A DNA stretch of 64,000 bases. Source: Heterodontus francisci (lineage: Eukaryota). Shown in pieces: positions 22,965 to 36,434 of this stretch. Location of the stretch: NCBI RefSeq assembly GCF_036365525.1, contig NC_090399.1, positions 32,024,430-32,088,429 of the forward strand. The letters are read 5' to 3'. Within the stretch, counting starts at the first letter, position 1; each line of letters opens with the position of its first letter. The notes beneath the pieces are model-generated. The model was not told the DNA's origin. It worked only from the letters and a program-made list of their open reading frames with translations, and made no database searches. The position numbers were made by a program, and so were the translations under genes.

Positions 22965-25498
22965 GTCAGTGTATGTCTGTACCTGTACACCGGGTGCACC
23001 TGGAATTTGACCTAGTTTCTGGACCGGTGACTGTAGGGATTGTCCCTAGTTTGCCTGTGGACGGGATTGATCTGCCGCTAGGTAATGATCTGGTGGGGGT
23101 GAAGATGGTAGCCCCCCCAAGTAACGAAAGAAAGGCTGCAGGAGGTCAGAGAGACAGGGCACTGGCAGGAGACGGTCCGCTGCAGTTTCCATGAATGTGT
23201 AGTGAATCAGGCCATAATCATAACCAGCACCCCAGAGGAAACTGAATTAGTGCTGCAGGCAGATGACCAGGTCTGTCTGTCTGAGACTTTCTTTGGAAAG
23301 TTAGGAGACCCAGGGAATGAATTAAATGCATTTTCCCTAGCTGAGGCTCAGCGAGCCGACCCAGTATTGCAAGAATTAGCACAGGTTGCCCAGTCTGAAA
23401 GTGAAGCAGAGGGAGTTCCTGATTGCTACTATTTAAAGAATGAGGTACTGATGAGGAAATAGAGTTCTCCTCACAGACCAGAGTGCAAGGAGTGGACAGT
23501 AGTTCACCAGTTAGTTGTGCTGCAGAGGTACCGGACAGAAATATTAAGAAGGGCCCATGAGACTGCAGTGGCTGTACATTCCGGTATACGAAAGACCAAA
23601 GCCTGCATAAGACAGCAGTTTGACTGGCCAAAACTCCACACAGATGTGGTGGAATACTGAAGGAGTTGCCTCATGTGCCAAGTTGAGAGGAAACCCCAAC
23701 CTACAGTGAAACCTGTACCCCTAAGACCTGTACCGGTGTTCGGAGGCCCCTCCAGCAGAGGGCTGGTGAATGGTAAGGGATTCCTGCCGAGAACAAAAGG
23801 GGACACGGAGGCACAAGACTGGCAAAAGGTTAGACAGGGAAGGGGAGAAAGTGACCAAGAGGGCAGATTAAAGGAACTCCGGGAGGAATCCTGGATGAAA
23901 ACCCCTACTGTCTAGTCAGCCAGTCAGTGAAAAGTTAGACCCCACATCCTCCTATGTAAATGCACTGGAAGCACCCCACCAGAGTTGCTAACAGCACTTA
24001 CAGGAACTTGCAGAGACAAAGACCTCTAGGAGGGCAGAGAAACTGTGAGGGTAATGCCTCATCTAGTCAAAGTGCCACATAGGAGTGCAGTAGAGTCTGC
24101 ACAAATAACTGCAGGCAGGAGTGTCCCAGAGGACAAAAGGGGAGATTAGAAAAGAATCCACCCCCACAGATATGAAAATGGTACCACCCATCCCCTTAAA
24201 ATCAAAAGCCTTTGCATGACTCAGCAAAGCACTGATAAAGTGCTCAGGATAGACCTGCCCACCACTGAATCTCCTGAAAGAAAAATACATTCCGACTCAG
24301 GGCTAATTAAACCTAACCAAAGAAACCCTCGGCAGTCAGGGAAAAGGGCAGACTGAAGAAAAAGATTCCCCAATAGCTATATGTTTATTGGGATGCCAAA
24401 AAAGGTGAAATTAAAGCAGCACTGGCACCAAGAAAAGACAGGCTGTAATAAGTTTTAGGATTTATGAATGAATGTGAATGAATGAGAGAAATGTATGTTT
24501 ATTTATGCATCTTATATTTTCTCTCGACCCTTTTAATGAAATGCACTTTTCTCAAATCGTATTTCATTCTGCTGGGTATGGAGGTGTCATGCTGGACCCC
24601 CACCAACCAAGAATGAGGCATATTTATTTGGTCATATGAACGTTGATTTGAAAACTGTTGCTGAAGTAAAGAAAGGACTTGCTTTAAAAAATCACCAGGC
24701 CCTTGGCTGGGAAAACATTTGCATATTACCAGAATGTGCTTGGAAGGACAAAGGGGCTATTTCCTGCTCCAATTTAACCCACAATTGATTTTGATCCTCA
24801 GGTATTGCGTGCAAGAAGAGACACTCCAGGATCGGCTAAGACCAGAGAATACACAAACAGAGGTGGTCTTCACATGACTAACCTGCTTGGCAACATGGGT
24901 TTTTCTGAATGGTACAAACAGTTCGAAGAGAGACTGCAGAATGCTCCTGAACTGAAGAAGGCCTCTCCTGTCTGGTTCTCCCTCTCCTTCTCATGGAACA
25001 CCAAATCCACTGAAGATACATAAAGCCCAAGAGAGAAAAGTCTTCTACAGCAAAAAAGGTTTCAGAAAAATACTGGGCCCCAACGAAAAGCAAGATTTAC
25101 CTTCAAGCAAGTACTCTACAGTGAGCTCAAAGAACGGTCACACAAAACCCTCTTCAGAGATTGCCTAAAACTCTTCCACTTTATTTTTCTTCCGCTCTTT
25201 TCTGTCTCTATCTGCATGTGTGTATCACGTATGCAGGCTGGCGTGGGCACGCCATGTATCTATTGGTGTTAATCTTAAACTCTAATTCAGTTAAGTTTAA
25301 TTCATTTCAACTTTTTTTCTTTAAACCTAAGAAAACCTGTTTGTGTTGGTTTCTTTGCCTTAGAATTGGAAAGTGGTGAACTAGGATTCACCAAGGGGGA
25401 GCTAAAAACATTATGTGTTTAAAATTAAGCCCTGTTACGGTAAGACCAGGTCAAGGCTGAGAGGGAACCCTAGACCCCTTTCTCACCTGGTCGTAACA
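22965..25498 (+). mobile_element. 5'-truncated non-autonomous Gmr1-like Gypsy element; 3' LTR 24585-25498
   Basis: Protease end (VTVGIVPSLPVDGIDLPLGNDL), integrase H2C2 remnant, LTR tgtca...cgtaaca. Confidence 0.8.
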
Positions 25499-25529
25499 GG
25501 AAGTGTCTCTGCAGATGAGTAATGGGCTC

Positions 25530-25755
25530 TGTGATGGACAGTGCCAGGCTGGGGACTGGGGCGTTAACCCTCAGTCGGTAGGTAATGAGATGTGAGAGGG
25601 ACAGTGCCAGGCTGGGTACTGGGGCATTAACCCTTGGTCAGTGGGTAATGGAGTGTGAGGGACAGTGCCAGGCAGGGTACTGGGGCATTAACCCTTGGTC
25701 AGTGGGTAATGGGGTGTGAGGGACAGTGCCAGGCTGGGTACTGGGGTATTAACTA
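25530..25755. repeat. ~61-bp tandem repeat, about 4 copies
   Basis: gggacagtgccaggctgggtactggggcattaacccttggtcagtgggtaatggggtgtga. Confidence 0.85.
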
Positions 25756-27312
25756 GAGAGTGGTAGTGGGACAAGTAAAGAGGTGTGATTGGCAGATTCA
25801 TGAAAAACTCCCATTCAAAATCAGAGAAAAGGGAGGAAAACAAGAGTAAAACTAAAATCTGCAAAGAAAAAGGAAACAAAATGAGGGCCAAGGTTACAAT
25901 CTGAAATTGTTGAACTCAATGTTGAGTCTGGAAGGCTGTAAAATGCAATATTGAAAGATGAGGTGCTGTTCCTTGAGTTTCATTGTAACAGTCTACAAGG
26001 CTGAGCACAGAGAGGTCAGAGTGGGAGCAAGGTGGAGAATAAAAATAACAGGGAACTGAAGTTCGGGTCATGTTTTCGGACTGAGCGAAGGTGTTCCACA
26101 AAGCAGTCACCCAATCTGTGTTTAATCTCCCAAATGTAGAGGAGACCACATTGTGAGCAGTGAATACAGTATATTAGATTGAAAGACGTACAAATATAAC
26201 ATTAAAATAAAAGAAAAATACTACAGAGGCTGGAAATCTGAAAGAAAAACAGTGCTGGAAATACTTAGCAGGTCTGGCAGCATCTGCGGAGAGAGAAACA
26301 GAGTTAATGTTTCAGGTCTGTGACCCTTGTTATGATCCTGTACCCTTTTCTTCCTTTTCCGGGAAGTAAGTGGTGTGCCTTTAAGGCTGGAAAAGGATCA
26401 ATACTGTGTTACGACCAGGTGAGAAAGGTGTCCAGGGGTCTTTCTCAGCCTTCACCTGGTCTTATTGTAACAGGGTTTGATTTTAAACACACTGTTTTGA
26501 GTTACCCCTTGGTGAATCCTTGTTCACCACTTTCCAATTATAAAGGCAATGAAATGAGCATGAACAGGCTTTCTTAGGTTTAAAGAAGAAAAGAGAAATT
26601 TTATTAAATTTAAACTTAAACTCTAACTTGGTTACTACCTACGAATACATGCCGCGACCCATGCTAGCATACATACGCAATACGCTCATGCGAATAGAGA
26701 CAGAAAAGAGCAGAAGAGTGGTGAGGTTTGAGGCAATCTCTGAAGAGGGTTTTGTTTTTACTGTGCTTTGAGCTCGCTGTAGAGCCCTTGATTGTAGGTA
26801 GTCTTGCTTTTCGTTGGGGCACAGTATTCTTCTTAAACCTTGTTCGCTGTAGGAGACTTTTCTCTCGGTGTTCATCTGTCTTCAATAGTTTTCAAAGCTG
26901 GTGAGAGCGAAATGAGAGCAGACTGGAGAGAGGTCTTTTCAGCCCAGGGGCAAACAGCTTTCTGAGTTTTAATTCTCTGTGGCCAGTTCAAATTCAAAAA
27001 ACTCCAACACCCAGTCATGTGACTAAACTGGTCTGACAACGTCTGCTTGTGTAGTTGGCCATCTTAGCAGTTAACCTGGAATGCTAGATTATCCACGTTG
27101 AATGTCTGGTAATCAAAAGTCCATTGTGGATTATATTGGAGCAGGGAGTGGGCTCCTTTGTCCTTTCCAAGCACTGTCTGTTAATATGCAAAAATGTCTC
27201 GTTCTCACCAGCTTTGGAAACCATTGAAGACCATATGAACTCCAAGAGATAAAAGTTTCCCACAGTGAACAAGGTTTGCTCCACAGCCAGGGGAATGAAA
27301 TGCAATTTGACT

Positions 27313-27680
27313 GGGGGCGGCACAGTGGCGCAGTGGTTAGCACCGCAGCCTCACAGCTCCAGCGACCCGGGTTCAAATCTGGGTACTGCCTGTGTGGAGT
27401 TTGCAAGTTCTCCCTGTGTCTGCGTGGGTTTCCTCCGGGTGCTCCGGTTTCCTCCCACATGCCAAAGACTTGCAGGGTGATAGGTTAATTGGCCATTATA
27501 AATTGCCCCTAGTATAGGTAGGTGGTAGGGAAATATAGGGACAGGTGGGGATGTGGTAGGAATATGGAATTAGGGTAGGATTAGTATAAGCGGGTGGTTG
27601 ATGGTCGGCACAGACTTGGTGGGCTGAAGGGCCTGTTTCAGTGCTGTATCTCTAAACTAAAAAACTAAACTAAACTAAAG
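27313..27680 (+). mobile_element. HE1-type V-SINE nested in the Gypsy element
   Basis: Full head, core and (aaact)n tail. Confidence 0.85.
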
Positions 27681-29749
27681 AAATGGCGAATTTCATTAAA
27701 AAGGTTTAAGAGAAATATAAAGATACAGACAAAAAAACATGCATTTCTCTCATTCAATTCCATTCATTAATCTTAAAGCCTATTAAAATTGTCTTTTCTG
27801 GGTGCCAGTGCTGCTTTAATTTCCCCTTTTTGGCATCCCACTTTCCATGTGGTTTTTTGGGGAAGCTTCTCTTCAGTTTGCCCATTGCCATGACTGCCTC
27901 GGGTTTTGCTCCTGTTGAGGTCATTTTTTCCCCCCAGGAGAGTTAGTAGTGGGCAGGTCTATCCTGAACTCTCTCTCAGTGCTTTGCTGAGTCAAGCAAA
28001 GGCTTCTGCCTTCAGGGGATGGGTGCTTCCCTTTCCCTCTGTGGGGGAGAATTCTTTGCTAATCTCCCCTTTGTTCTCTGGGACACTCCGACCTGCAGGT
28101 ATATGTGTAGACTTGACTGCACTATCTGTGGCACTTCAACTAGGTGAGGCATCAGCCTAACAGTTTCAGTGCCCCCCCCCCTAGAGGCCTCGCTGTTAGC
28201 AACCCTGGTGGGGTGCTTCTAGAGTCTGCATTTACATAGGAGGACGTGGGGTCCAACTTTTCACATTTTTCATGTTTGGCTGACTGGACAGTAAGCGTTT
28301 TCATCTGGGATTCCTCCCGGACTTCCTTTGACCTGCCCTCGTGGTCACTTTTTCCCCTTCTCTTTCCAAATTTTTGCCAGCCATCTGCCTGTCTGTCCCC
28401 ATTTGTTCTCAGCATGGGTCCCTGACAGTTCCCCAGCCATCGGCTGGAAGGTTCTCCTAACACTGGTACAGGACTTAGGGGTGCAGGTCTCACTGTAGGT
28501 TGGGGTTTCCCCTCAACTTAGCACATGTGGTGACCCCTGCAGTACTCCACCACATCTTTGTGGAGTTTTCGCCAGTCAAACTGCTATCTTATGTGGGCTT
28601 TGTTCTTTCGTATACTGGCATGTACAGCCACTGTAGTCTTGTGGGCCCCCCTTAATATTTTTCCCCTTTACCTCTGCAGCACCACTAACTGGTGAACTAC
28701 TGTCCACTCCTTGCCCTCAGGTCTGTGAGGAGAACTCCATTACCTCAATCAGTACCTCATTCTTTAAATAGTAGCAATCAGGGACTCCCTCTACTTCACT
28801 TTCAGACTGGGCAGCCTGTGCTAACTCTCAATACTGGGTTGGCTCGCTGATCCTCAGCTAGGGAAAATCTATTTAATTCAGCCCTTGGGTCTCCTAACTT
28901 TCCAAACGAAGTCTCAAACGTCATGGTCATCTGCCTGCAGTTCCAATGCAGTCTCCTCTGGGGGAGCTGGTTTGATCAGGGCCTGATCCAATAAACATTC
29001 AGGGTAACTGCAGGGAACCATCTCCTGCCACTGCCCTGTCTCTCTGACCTCCTGCGGTCCTTCTTTCACTACTGAGGGGGGGGTACCACCTTCACCCTTA
29101 CCAGATCATTACCTAGAAGCAGGTCAACCCAATCCACAGGCAAACTAGGGACAATCCCTATGGCTACTGGTCCCAAAACTAGGCTGCACTCCAGGTGCAC
29201 CCGGTGAACAGGTAGAGGCATACACTGCCCTCCAATACCATTCACCACCATTTTGGTGTTCACTGCACTCTCTGGGGGAAAGGTCAGGCCTTTTCCCAGT
29301 AAAAAGGATCTAGTGGCCTGTGTTCCTGAGAAATACTATGGGCTTGCTCGGCCCACTCGAGAGGTATGGAGTTACTTGCCGGAATTTTACCGTAACCTCT
29401 GGCTCCAGCACGGGTGGAACTCAAACGGATGGGGCCTCCGATCCCGCTCTGCGTCTCCTGTCCACTGGCATCACGCGCGGGGCAGCCAATCAGCGGCCCC
29501 GCGACGTAACTGAGACCTGAATCGGCTGGTGCGGGCGGGAAGATATACATCATTGGGGCGGAGCCACATCCAGGAATGTCTGACGTAAACCCTTGAAAAA
29601 TGTTTACGTCAATGAAATTGACCAGGTACTCATTCATTGTTTAAAAATCAGCAGTAGTAGTTGTGGTTCACTGAGAGGCGACAGTTCTGTTAGTGCAGAA
29701 GGAGTTAGAGATTTAAACACAGGTGGAGGAAGTCATGGAGGGGAAAAGT

Positions 29750-30095
29750 GCAGCACAGTGGCGCAGTGGTTAGCACCGCAGCCTCACAGCTCCAGTGACC
29801 CGGGTTCAATTCTGGGTACTGCCTGTGTGGAGTTTGCAAGTTCTCCCTGTGTCTGCGTGGGTTTCCTCCGGGTGCTCCGGTTTCCTCCCACATGCCAAAG
29901 ACTTGCAGGTTGATAGGTAAATTGGCCATTATAAATTACCCCTAGTATAGGTAGGTGGTAGGGGAATATAGGGACAGGTGGGGATGTGGTAGGAATATGG
30001 GATTAGTGCAGGATTAGTATAAATGGGTGGTTGATGGTCGGCACAGACTCGGTGGGCCGAAGGGCCTGTTTCAGTGCTGTATCTCTAAACTAAAA
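29750..30095 (+). mobile_element. HE1-type V-SINE inserted at the start of the Harbinger Myb/SANT gene
   Basis: Full SINE between atggaggggaaaag and cgctcagccccccgt. Confidence 0.85.
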
Positions 30096-30098
30096 AGC

Positions 30099-31896
30099 AC
30101 TCGCTCAGCCCCCCGTTTTTCAAATGATTCACTACAGGTCCTCCTTCAGGCGGTTGAGGAGAGGCATGATATCCTCTTCAATCCAGATGGTAGAAGGCGA
30201 CCGACGACAGTGACAAAGAGGGTCGCGGAGGAGGTCAGCAGCCGTGGCGTCGTTCGGTGCACATGGATACAGTGCCACAAGTGCCTCAATGACCTGCTTC
30301 GCTCTGCCCGGGTAAGGGGCATCCCTCATTCATCTAATCGTTTTTTTTGTCAAGGGAGGGTGCATTTGTATTCATGATGCAATGTGGAACCCCTCTGTGA
30401 TCATTGCCTGGCTGCATCCTTGCATTGGGATGCAAGATGGGCATATGTGAGATGAACATTGAGGAGGGATTGCTGAGGGCACGATCAGCAATGGCACAGC
30501 AGTTAAAAGCCACATCAACCCATTTGGGTGATTACGTGAAATGTGCACACAAATGTTTGACCTAATTTTTTTCTTTCATTAGGAAAAGAGGACACACAAC
30601 ACCCGAGAGAGGTCCCGGACAGGTGGTGGCGTGGCCTGTCCAGCATTCCTCAGTAGAATGGAGGAGGACGCATTGATGATAGCAGGGGAGGAAGGAGGAC
30701 AAGCCGTAGCAGATGGTGAGGCCGGTGGACATGGCCATGATCGTGAGTGATCCAGAAAGTGATGTATTCGTGCATTTTGGGGGGAGGGGGCAGGGTGGGG
30801 GAGGTTGATGGGCCAATGTTGTTATGAGTTACTAATGAACATAATTAAGCCCTCAAAAGTCCCATCGCACTGATCTGACCATAATGGACTCAAATACATG
30901 TTCTCCACTCTGGCTTTCTGATCAAACTGATCAATATGATTTTCCCAGCAGGTGACCGACTGCATGGACCAGGAAGCATCTCCGTTGTACGACCATCAAC
31001 CTCTGAGCTGGAGGAGGGCGCCTTAGAGGGCGCACCGTCACATCCTCGCGACGCACCAAGCACCGGCGCAGATATAGACACCTCGGTTGGGATTTGCGTG
31101 TCCATGGATTCGATTTCACATCCAGGTGTCAGCACAGCACAGGTGCCGGGCCAGCCACCGGAGGCAGAATCGGCCGATGCCTCACACAGTCGGAGGAGTG
31201 TGGGAGGCCAGGCCAGTGCAGAGCAGCAAGCTGATGACATGCCTTTGAGAACATCCATTCGGCGGGAGATGTTGCAGGTGCAGCAAGCGGTCCTTGAAAA
31301 TCTGGCGGAGCTGCCTGAGACAATGCGCGGAATTAATCAAACTCTGGCTACATCCATCCAGGTGTATGACTTCTGCTCACTCTCAGGCAATTGAACATCT
31401 GGCTTCCTCCATTGACAGATTGGCGGCTGCAGTGGAGGGGCCAGTTCTGGATGTACTTCGTGATGTCAGATCAATTGTGGCCTCCCTGGACCAGAGCATC
31501 AGAGATCAGAATCTGATGCTCTGGCACCAGGTCGAGGCCGCTCATCCCTCTGATGTCACCATTGAGGATCGTCTGAGCCTCACGAGGGCACAGGGGCAGC
31601 AGAGCGCATATGGGAGCTCCTCTCAGGGCACCTCTGATGCATCCTCCAGCTCCTTGCTCCCTCTGCCAGGGACATGTGATCAGCAAAATCCCAGGGTGCT
31701 ACAGGGTACTCATGAGATTTCTCAGGAGAACCCTGAGATGCTGGGGCCCTCACGGCTGCGAGCAAGCAGAGGACATCCGCCAAAGTCATCACAAGCAGGG
31801 CAGCAAACAGTTCAGCCACCTGCCTCTGGTGTGTCTGGTGGCGAGGGATCATGCACCCGAAAGAGCACTCGGAAAAGATTTAAGAAATCACTTTAA
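30099..31896 (+). pseudogene. Harbinger Myb/SANT-like DNA-binding protein gene, spliced and disrupted
   Basis: RSAPRFSNDSLQVLLQAVEERHDILF...WIQCHKCLNDL; donor after 30311; next exon from 30583 reads EKRTHNTRERSRTGGG; basic C-terminus RKSTRKRFKK. Confidence 0.75.
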
Positions 31897-32288
31897 CATC
31901 ACTAATGGTTCACAGGGTGAATTGAAAGGTTTTTTATTTAAATGTGTTATAAAATATTGTAATAAAATTGGGTTCTCTGAGATTTTGTCATGGCTTTCCT
32001 GAAGTCAATTCCAACATCGTTGCTCAACTAAAGTAGTTCAACATGTGAGGTCTCACACCTGGGTGGTGTTCCACATGATGTGAAGGATTGCATCGTTGCA
32101 TTCTCTCTCCCCATGAAGGTGAGGGAATTTGCTCTTTCAGACCCTCACAATTAGTCTTGTCATACGGTAATCCCAATTGTGCGAAAATTTACAGACTCTC
32201 AATGGAAATGTCTGCCTCTTAAAGACACCCTTGTATATCGAGCACTTAGATCCAAATTAAATTCAGCTTCCTCTCCATGACCATCAAG

Positions 32289-33440
32289 TCAGTGGTGTCC
32301 AGCTTCATCATCAGAAACATCATTGTCATCTGATGACACATCGTGATGACACTGATCCTTCTCCAGTGCCTCTCCATTTTCAGTCGCCAGGTTATGCAAG
32401 GCACAGTAGACGACAATTATTCTTAGAACCCTTGAAGGGGCATACTGCAGTGCTGCACCTGAGCGGTCAAGACACCTGAACCTCATCTTAAGCAGGCCTA
32501 TAGTTTGTTTGATGCTCACTGTGGTGGTCGCATGGTTCTCATTGTATCGTTCCTCCGCATGACCCCTTGGATTCCTCACTGGTGTCATGAGCCACGTCTT
32601 CAGAGGATAACCCCCTGTCGCCAAGTATCCATCCCTCCATTCTGTCTGGAGGCCTGAAAAGTGCAGGTGCGTGCGAGTTTCGGAGAATGAAGACATCATG
32701 ACAAATCCCAGGGTAACATGCACACACCTGCATGATTCTCTGACGATGATCACAGATGAGCTGAATGTTCATTGAATGGTATTCCTTGCGGTTAATCAAT
32801 GCCCCCAACTGACCTGCTGGTGCTCTGAAGGCCACATGAGTACAGTCAATCACGCCCTGTTCCATTGGAAACCCAGATATAGTGCTGAAGCCTCTGCTCT
32901 CTCAGCTTCACAAGAGTTGTCCGCCTTGAACGTGATGAATTGGTTACCACGTTGGAACAATGCATCAGTCACAACCTTGATGCAGTGGTGCGCTGCTGCT
33001 TGTGAGACTCTGCACAAGTCTGCTGCTGAGGCTTGGAATGAGCCAGACGCATAGAAGTTAAGAGATATTGTAACCTTTAGAGCGACCGGCATTGGATGGC
33101 CACCGATACAGTTTGAGGAAACATCCACTGCCAACATCTCACAAAGAGATGTGACAGTCTCCTGTGACAGCCGCAGTCTTCTTCTGCACTGGCGATCTGA
33201 CAGCTGCAGGTAGCTCCGACGCAGCCGGTATGCCCCTCCTGGTGGATAGGCACGTTTCCTGACATGTGTTCGCTAACGGGCGACTCTGCCACCTGCTCTC
33301 CCTCCCACATCACGATGGTGCACTGGGTCAGCTTGTTGCACGTTCCCCTGCACATTTGTCCTTCTGTCCCTCATAGGGGCAAGGTCCTCCTCATCTGATG
33401 ATCCACCTCCACATTGAACAATTCCCATTGCTGTACTACT
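32289..33440 (-). pseudogene. Harbinger (HARBI1-like) DDE transposase, frameshifted
   Basis: LNFYASGSFQ, GVIDCTHVA, HDVFIL, GDRG/YPL, LKMRFRCLD, CALHN, spread over three frames. Confidence 0.9.
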
Positions 33441-36434
33441 CACCAGATGCTCTGACCACACGTATTAGCTTCCAGCTGTTAGACTGGCTCACGAGATCCC
33501 CCTCCTTTCACCACATAAATCAAAGTTGATGGATCCCCCATCAGCAGTGCAGAACACTCAGATGAATCCTTTAGCACTAGTTGCAAGTCACACACCTTGT
33601 CAGGATATACAAATAGCATTAGAATTATTTCAGAGTAAAACTGAAAATTGTACTTCCAACTCCCTCCTGAATCAATGCCTGCCGCCCTTATGTAGCTGCC
33701 GGCTGGCCGACACGCCCCATGAGCCGATTTACGGACATTAAATCAGACCTCAGACGTAAAATTGTAGTCAATTGCTTTGTAAACGACCTCAATTACCTTT
33801 CAATTACTTGTATACGGACGGAGAGCATAGACTCGCTCACGCCCGACTTCCGAAGTTGGTAAAATGACGTCTGAGTGTAATGACACCGGGGACACGGCCC
33901 GACGTCATCGCGCTTCATTTTACCATCTGGACGCCTCCGAAGAGACACGTTTAATGCCGGTAAAATTCCGGCCACTTTCCCAGCAAACACAAAATCCTAA
34001 TAACCTTCAGCAATCCTATTAACTTTTCCTGCACTGGCTGTAGTAAGCTTCCTGGGTTGCACTTTTACTGCATTTAAAACCACAGCTTGTTCTGTGCTTT
34101 CCATCAGGGTTCCGTCTTCACTGAGCAGGCGTGCCCTGATTAAACCTACCAGTTTTCCCTTTAGTTTCCAGCAGTCAGCTTTTAAATGCCCTGCTTTACT
34201 ACAATGCAAGCACACAGGTCTCCGGGTCTCATTCTTGCTCACAGCACCTACCTTTTTGGCTCGAGTAAGGCCCCCTGTGTTTCCTGCTTTCCTTTCTTGC
34301 ACAGGACTGCCTGGGCTTTAATCACCTTCCCACCCTTTGTCCTTTTTGAATTTGTGGGGGTGATAAGGAAAGGTTGTCCCCTGGGAAACCAACTTATAAA
34401 TTGAAGCAAACTCATCAGCTAGAATGGCTGCTTCTCGGGCTCCCTGAACCCGCTGCTCCTCTACATGGGTCTTTATGGAGAGTGGGAGAGAATTTTTAAA
34501 TTCCTCCAACAGAATTACTGCTGAGAGTCTCATAGCTGAGCTGTATTTTTAAAGCCCTCAGTCACTGATCAAAAGCCAGCTGCTTACTTCTTTCAAACTC
34601 CAGATAAGTTTGACTGCCTTGCTTTTTGAGGATTCTAAACTTTTAGCGATAGGCTTCAGGCACTAATTCATATGCCCCGAGGATAGCATTTTTGGTCAGT
34701 TCATAATTTGATGAACTCTCATCTGGCAACAAGGAATAAACCTCATGGGCTTTTCCAGTTAGCTTGCTTTGTATTGAAAGAGACCAAGTCTCAGCTGGCC
34801 ATTTTAGTTGCCTTGCCAGTTTCTCAAAAGACACAAAAAATGCTTCCATATCTTCCTCATTGAATTTTGGAATTAACTGAGTGAGTTTTAGCAATTTTGT
34901 ACCCAGCCCTGAATTCTGCTCCTTCATATTGGCTATGCTTTTACTGGGGTTACTCTGTCAACCCCTAGTTAACTCAAGCCGCTTCAGCTCTCTCTCTCTT
35001 CAGATTCTTTCTGGAATATTCTTTCTCTCTCTCTCTCCTGCCTCTCTCTTTCTGCTTCTTCACGTTCCTTCTGGAAGGCTCTCTCTTTCTCCCTCTCTTT
35101 CCTCAATTTCAAGTTTCCTCTGTTCCAATTGTATCTTTGCTAACAATACCCTGTCAGATTCTGCTTCTAACCCAGTTTCTGTTTCTTCAGATTCAAGGGA
35201 AAAATGGTTGGCCCCTCGCCTCAGGAGTTCAGACTTCCAAGCCTTGCCATGTACAGTGATCCCACACTGCTCAGCCAAGTTTTCTCAACTCTTCCATAGA
35301 TAGTGCTTTTAACTTATCCCAGGCTAGTTCACCCTGACTTGGAGAGTGACTCGCTTCAGTTGCAGACATGTTAGTTTTCAATCACACACAACCACAAGAA
35401 AACATATTAAAACCTTACTCTTTTTTTTTGATTGGGACCAATTTGAATTCCCATTTTCAATTTCTCTCATTTGTCTGTGGGTAAAATTTTGACACTAGCA
35501 CCAAAATTTCTGCTTTGACCACGTGAGAAAGGTGTCTGGGGGTCTTTCTCAGCTTTCACCTGGTCATTTGTAACAGGGTTTGATTTTAAACACACAGTGT
35601 TTTCAGCACCCCACCCCCCTCCAGTGAATCCTTGTTCACCACTTTCCAATTTTAAGACAAAGAAATGAGCATAGACAAGCTTACTTAGGTTTAAAGAAGA
35701 ATAGTGAAATTCTATTAAATTTAAAAACTTAAACTCTAATTCGGTTAATGCCTTTGAATACAAGCCACTCTCCATGCTAGCAGGCAAATAGAGACAGAAA
35801 AGAGAAGAAAAATAGTGGCGAGTTTTGAAGCAATCTCTGAAATGTTTTTTTTTTTAAACTGTGCTTAGAGCTCGCTGTAGTCCTTGATTGTAGTTAGTCT
35901 TGCTTTTTGTTGGGGTCCAGTATTCTTCTTAAACCTTGTTCACTGTAGGAGTCTTTTCTCTCTTGGGGTTCATATGTCTTCAATGGTTTCCAAAGCTGGT
36001 GAGAGCAAGATGAAAGCAGAAAGGAGAGAGGTCTTTTCAGTCCAGGAGCAAACAGCTTTCTGAGCTTTAATTCTCTGTGGCCAATTCAAATTCAAAAAAC
36101 TCCAACACCCAGTTAGTCATGTGACTAAACTGGTCTGACCATGTCTGTTTGTATATTCGGCCACCTTAGCAGTTAACGTGGAATGCTAGCTTCTCCACCT
36201 TCAACGTCTGGTAATCAAAAGTCCACTGTGGATTAAATTGGAGCAGGGAGTGGCCCCTTTGTCTTTTCCAAGCACTGTCTGTTACTGTGCAAAAATGTTT
36301 TTCCAGTCAAGGGTCTGGTGTTTTATTTTAAAAGAAATTTCTTTCTTTACTCCAGTAACAGTTTAAAAATCAATGTTCATCTGGCGAAATACAGCTGCCC
36401 TATTATTGGCAGGTGGGGGCCTGCATGACAACTG

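Larger units (their letters stand above)
29377..33973. mobile_element. PIF/Harbinger DNA transposon with both termini, decayed ORFs
   Basis: TIRs (t/g)GCCGGAATTTTACCG and CGGTAAAATTCCGGCC; 3-bp TSD ACT (29374-29376, 33974-33976); convergent Myb/SANT and DDE nuclease genes. Confidence 0.92.
26407..36430 (-). mobile_element. Two-LTR non-autonomous Gmr1-like Gypsy element (5' LTR 35511-36430, 3' LTR from 26407), 4-bp TSD ACTG
   Basis: ACTG at 26403-26406 and 36431-36434; gag LIPKFNEEDMEAFFVSFEK...AYELVPEAYR, ILLEEFKNSLP, zinc knuckle CLHCSKAGHLKADC; protease then H2C2; no RT seen. Confidence 0.88.

Noticed and set aside
32289-33440. Domesticated HARBI1 host gene
   Set aside because: Frameshifted and enclosed by TIRs and a TSD, so it is a transposon copy
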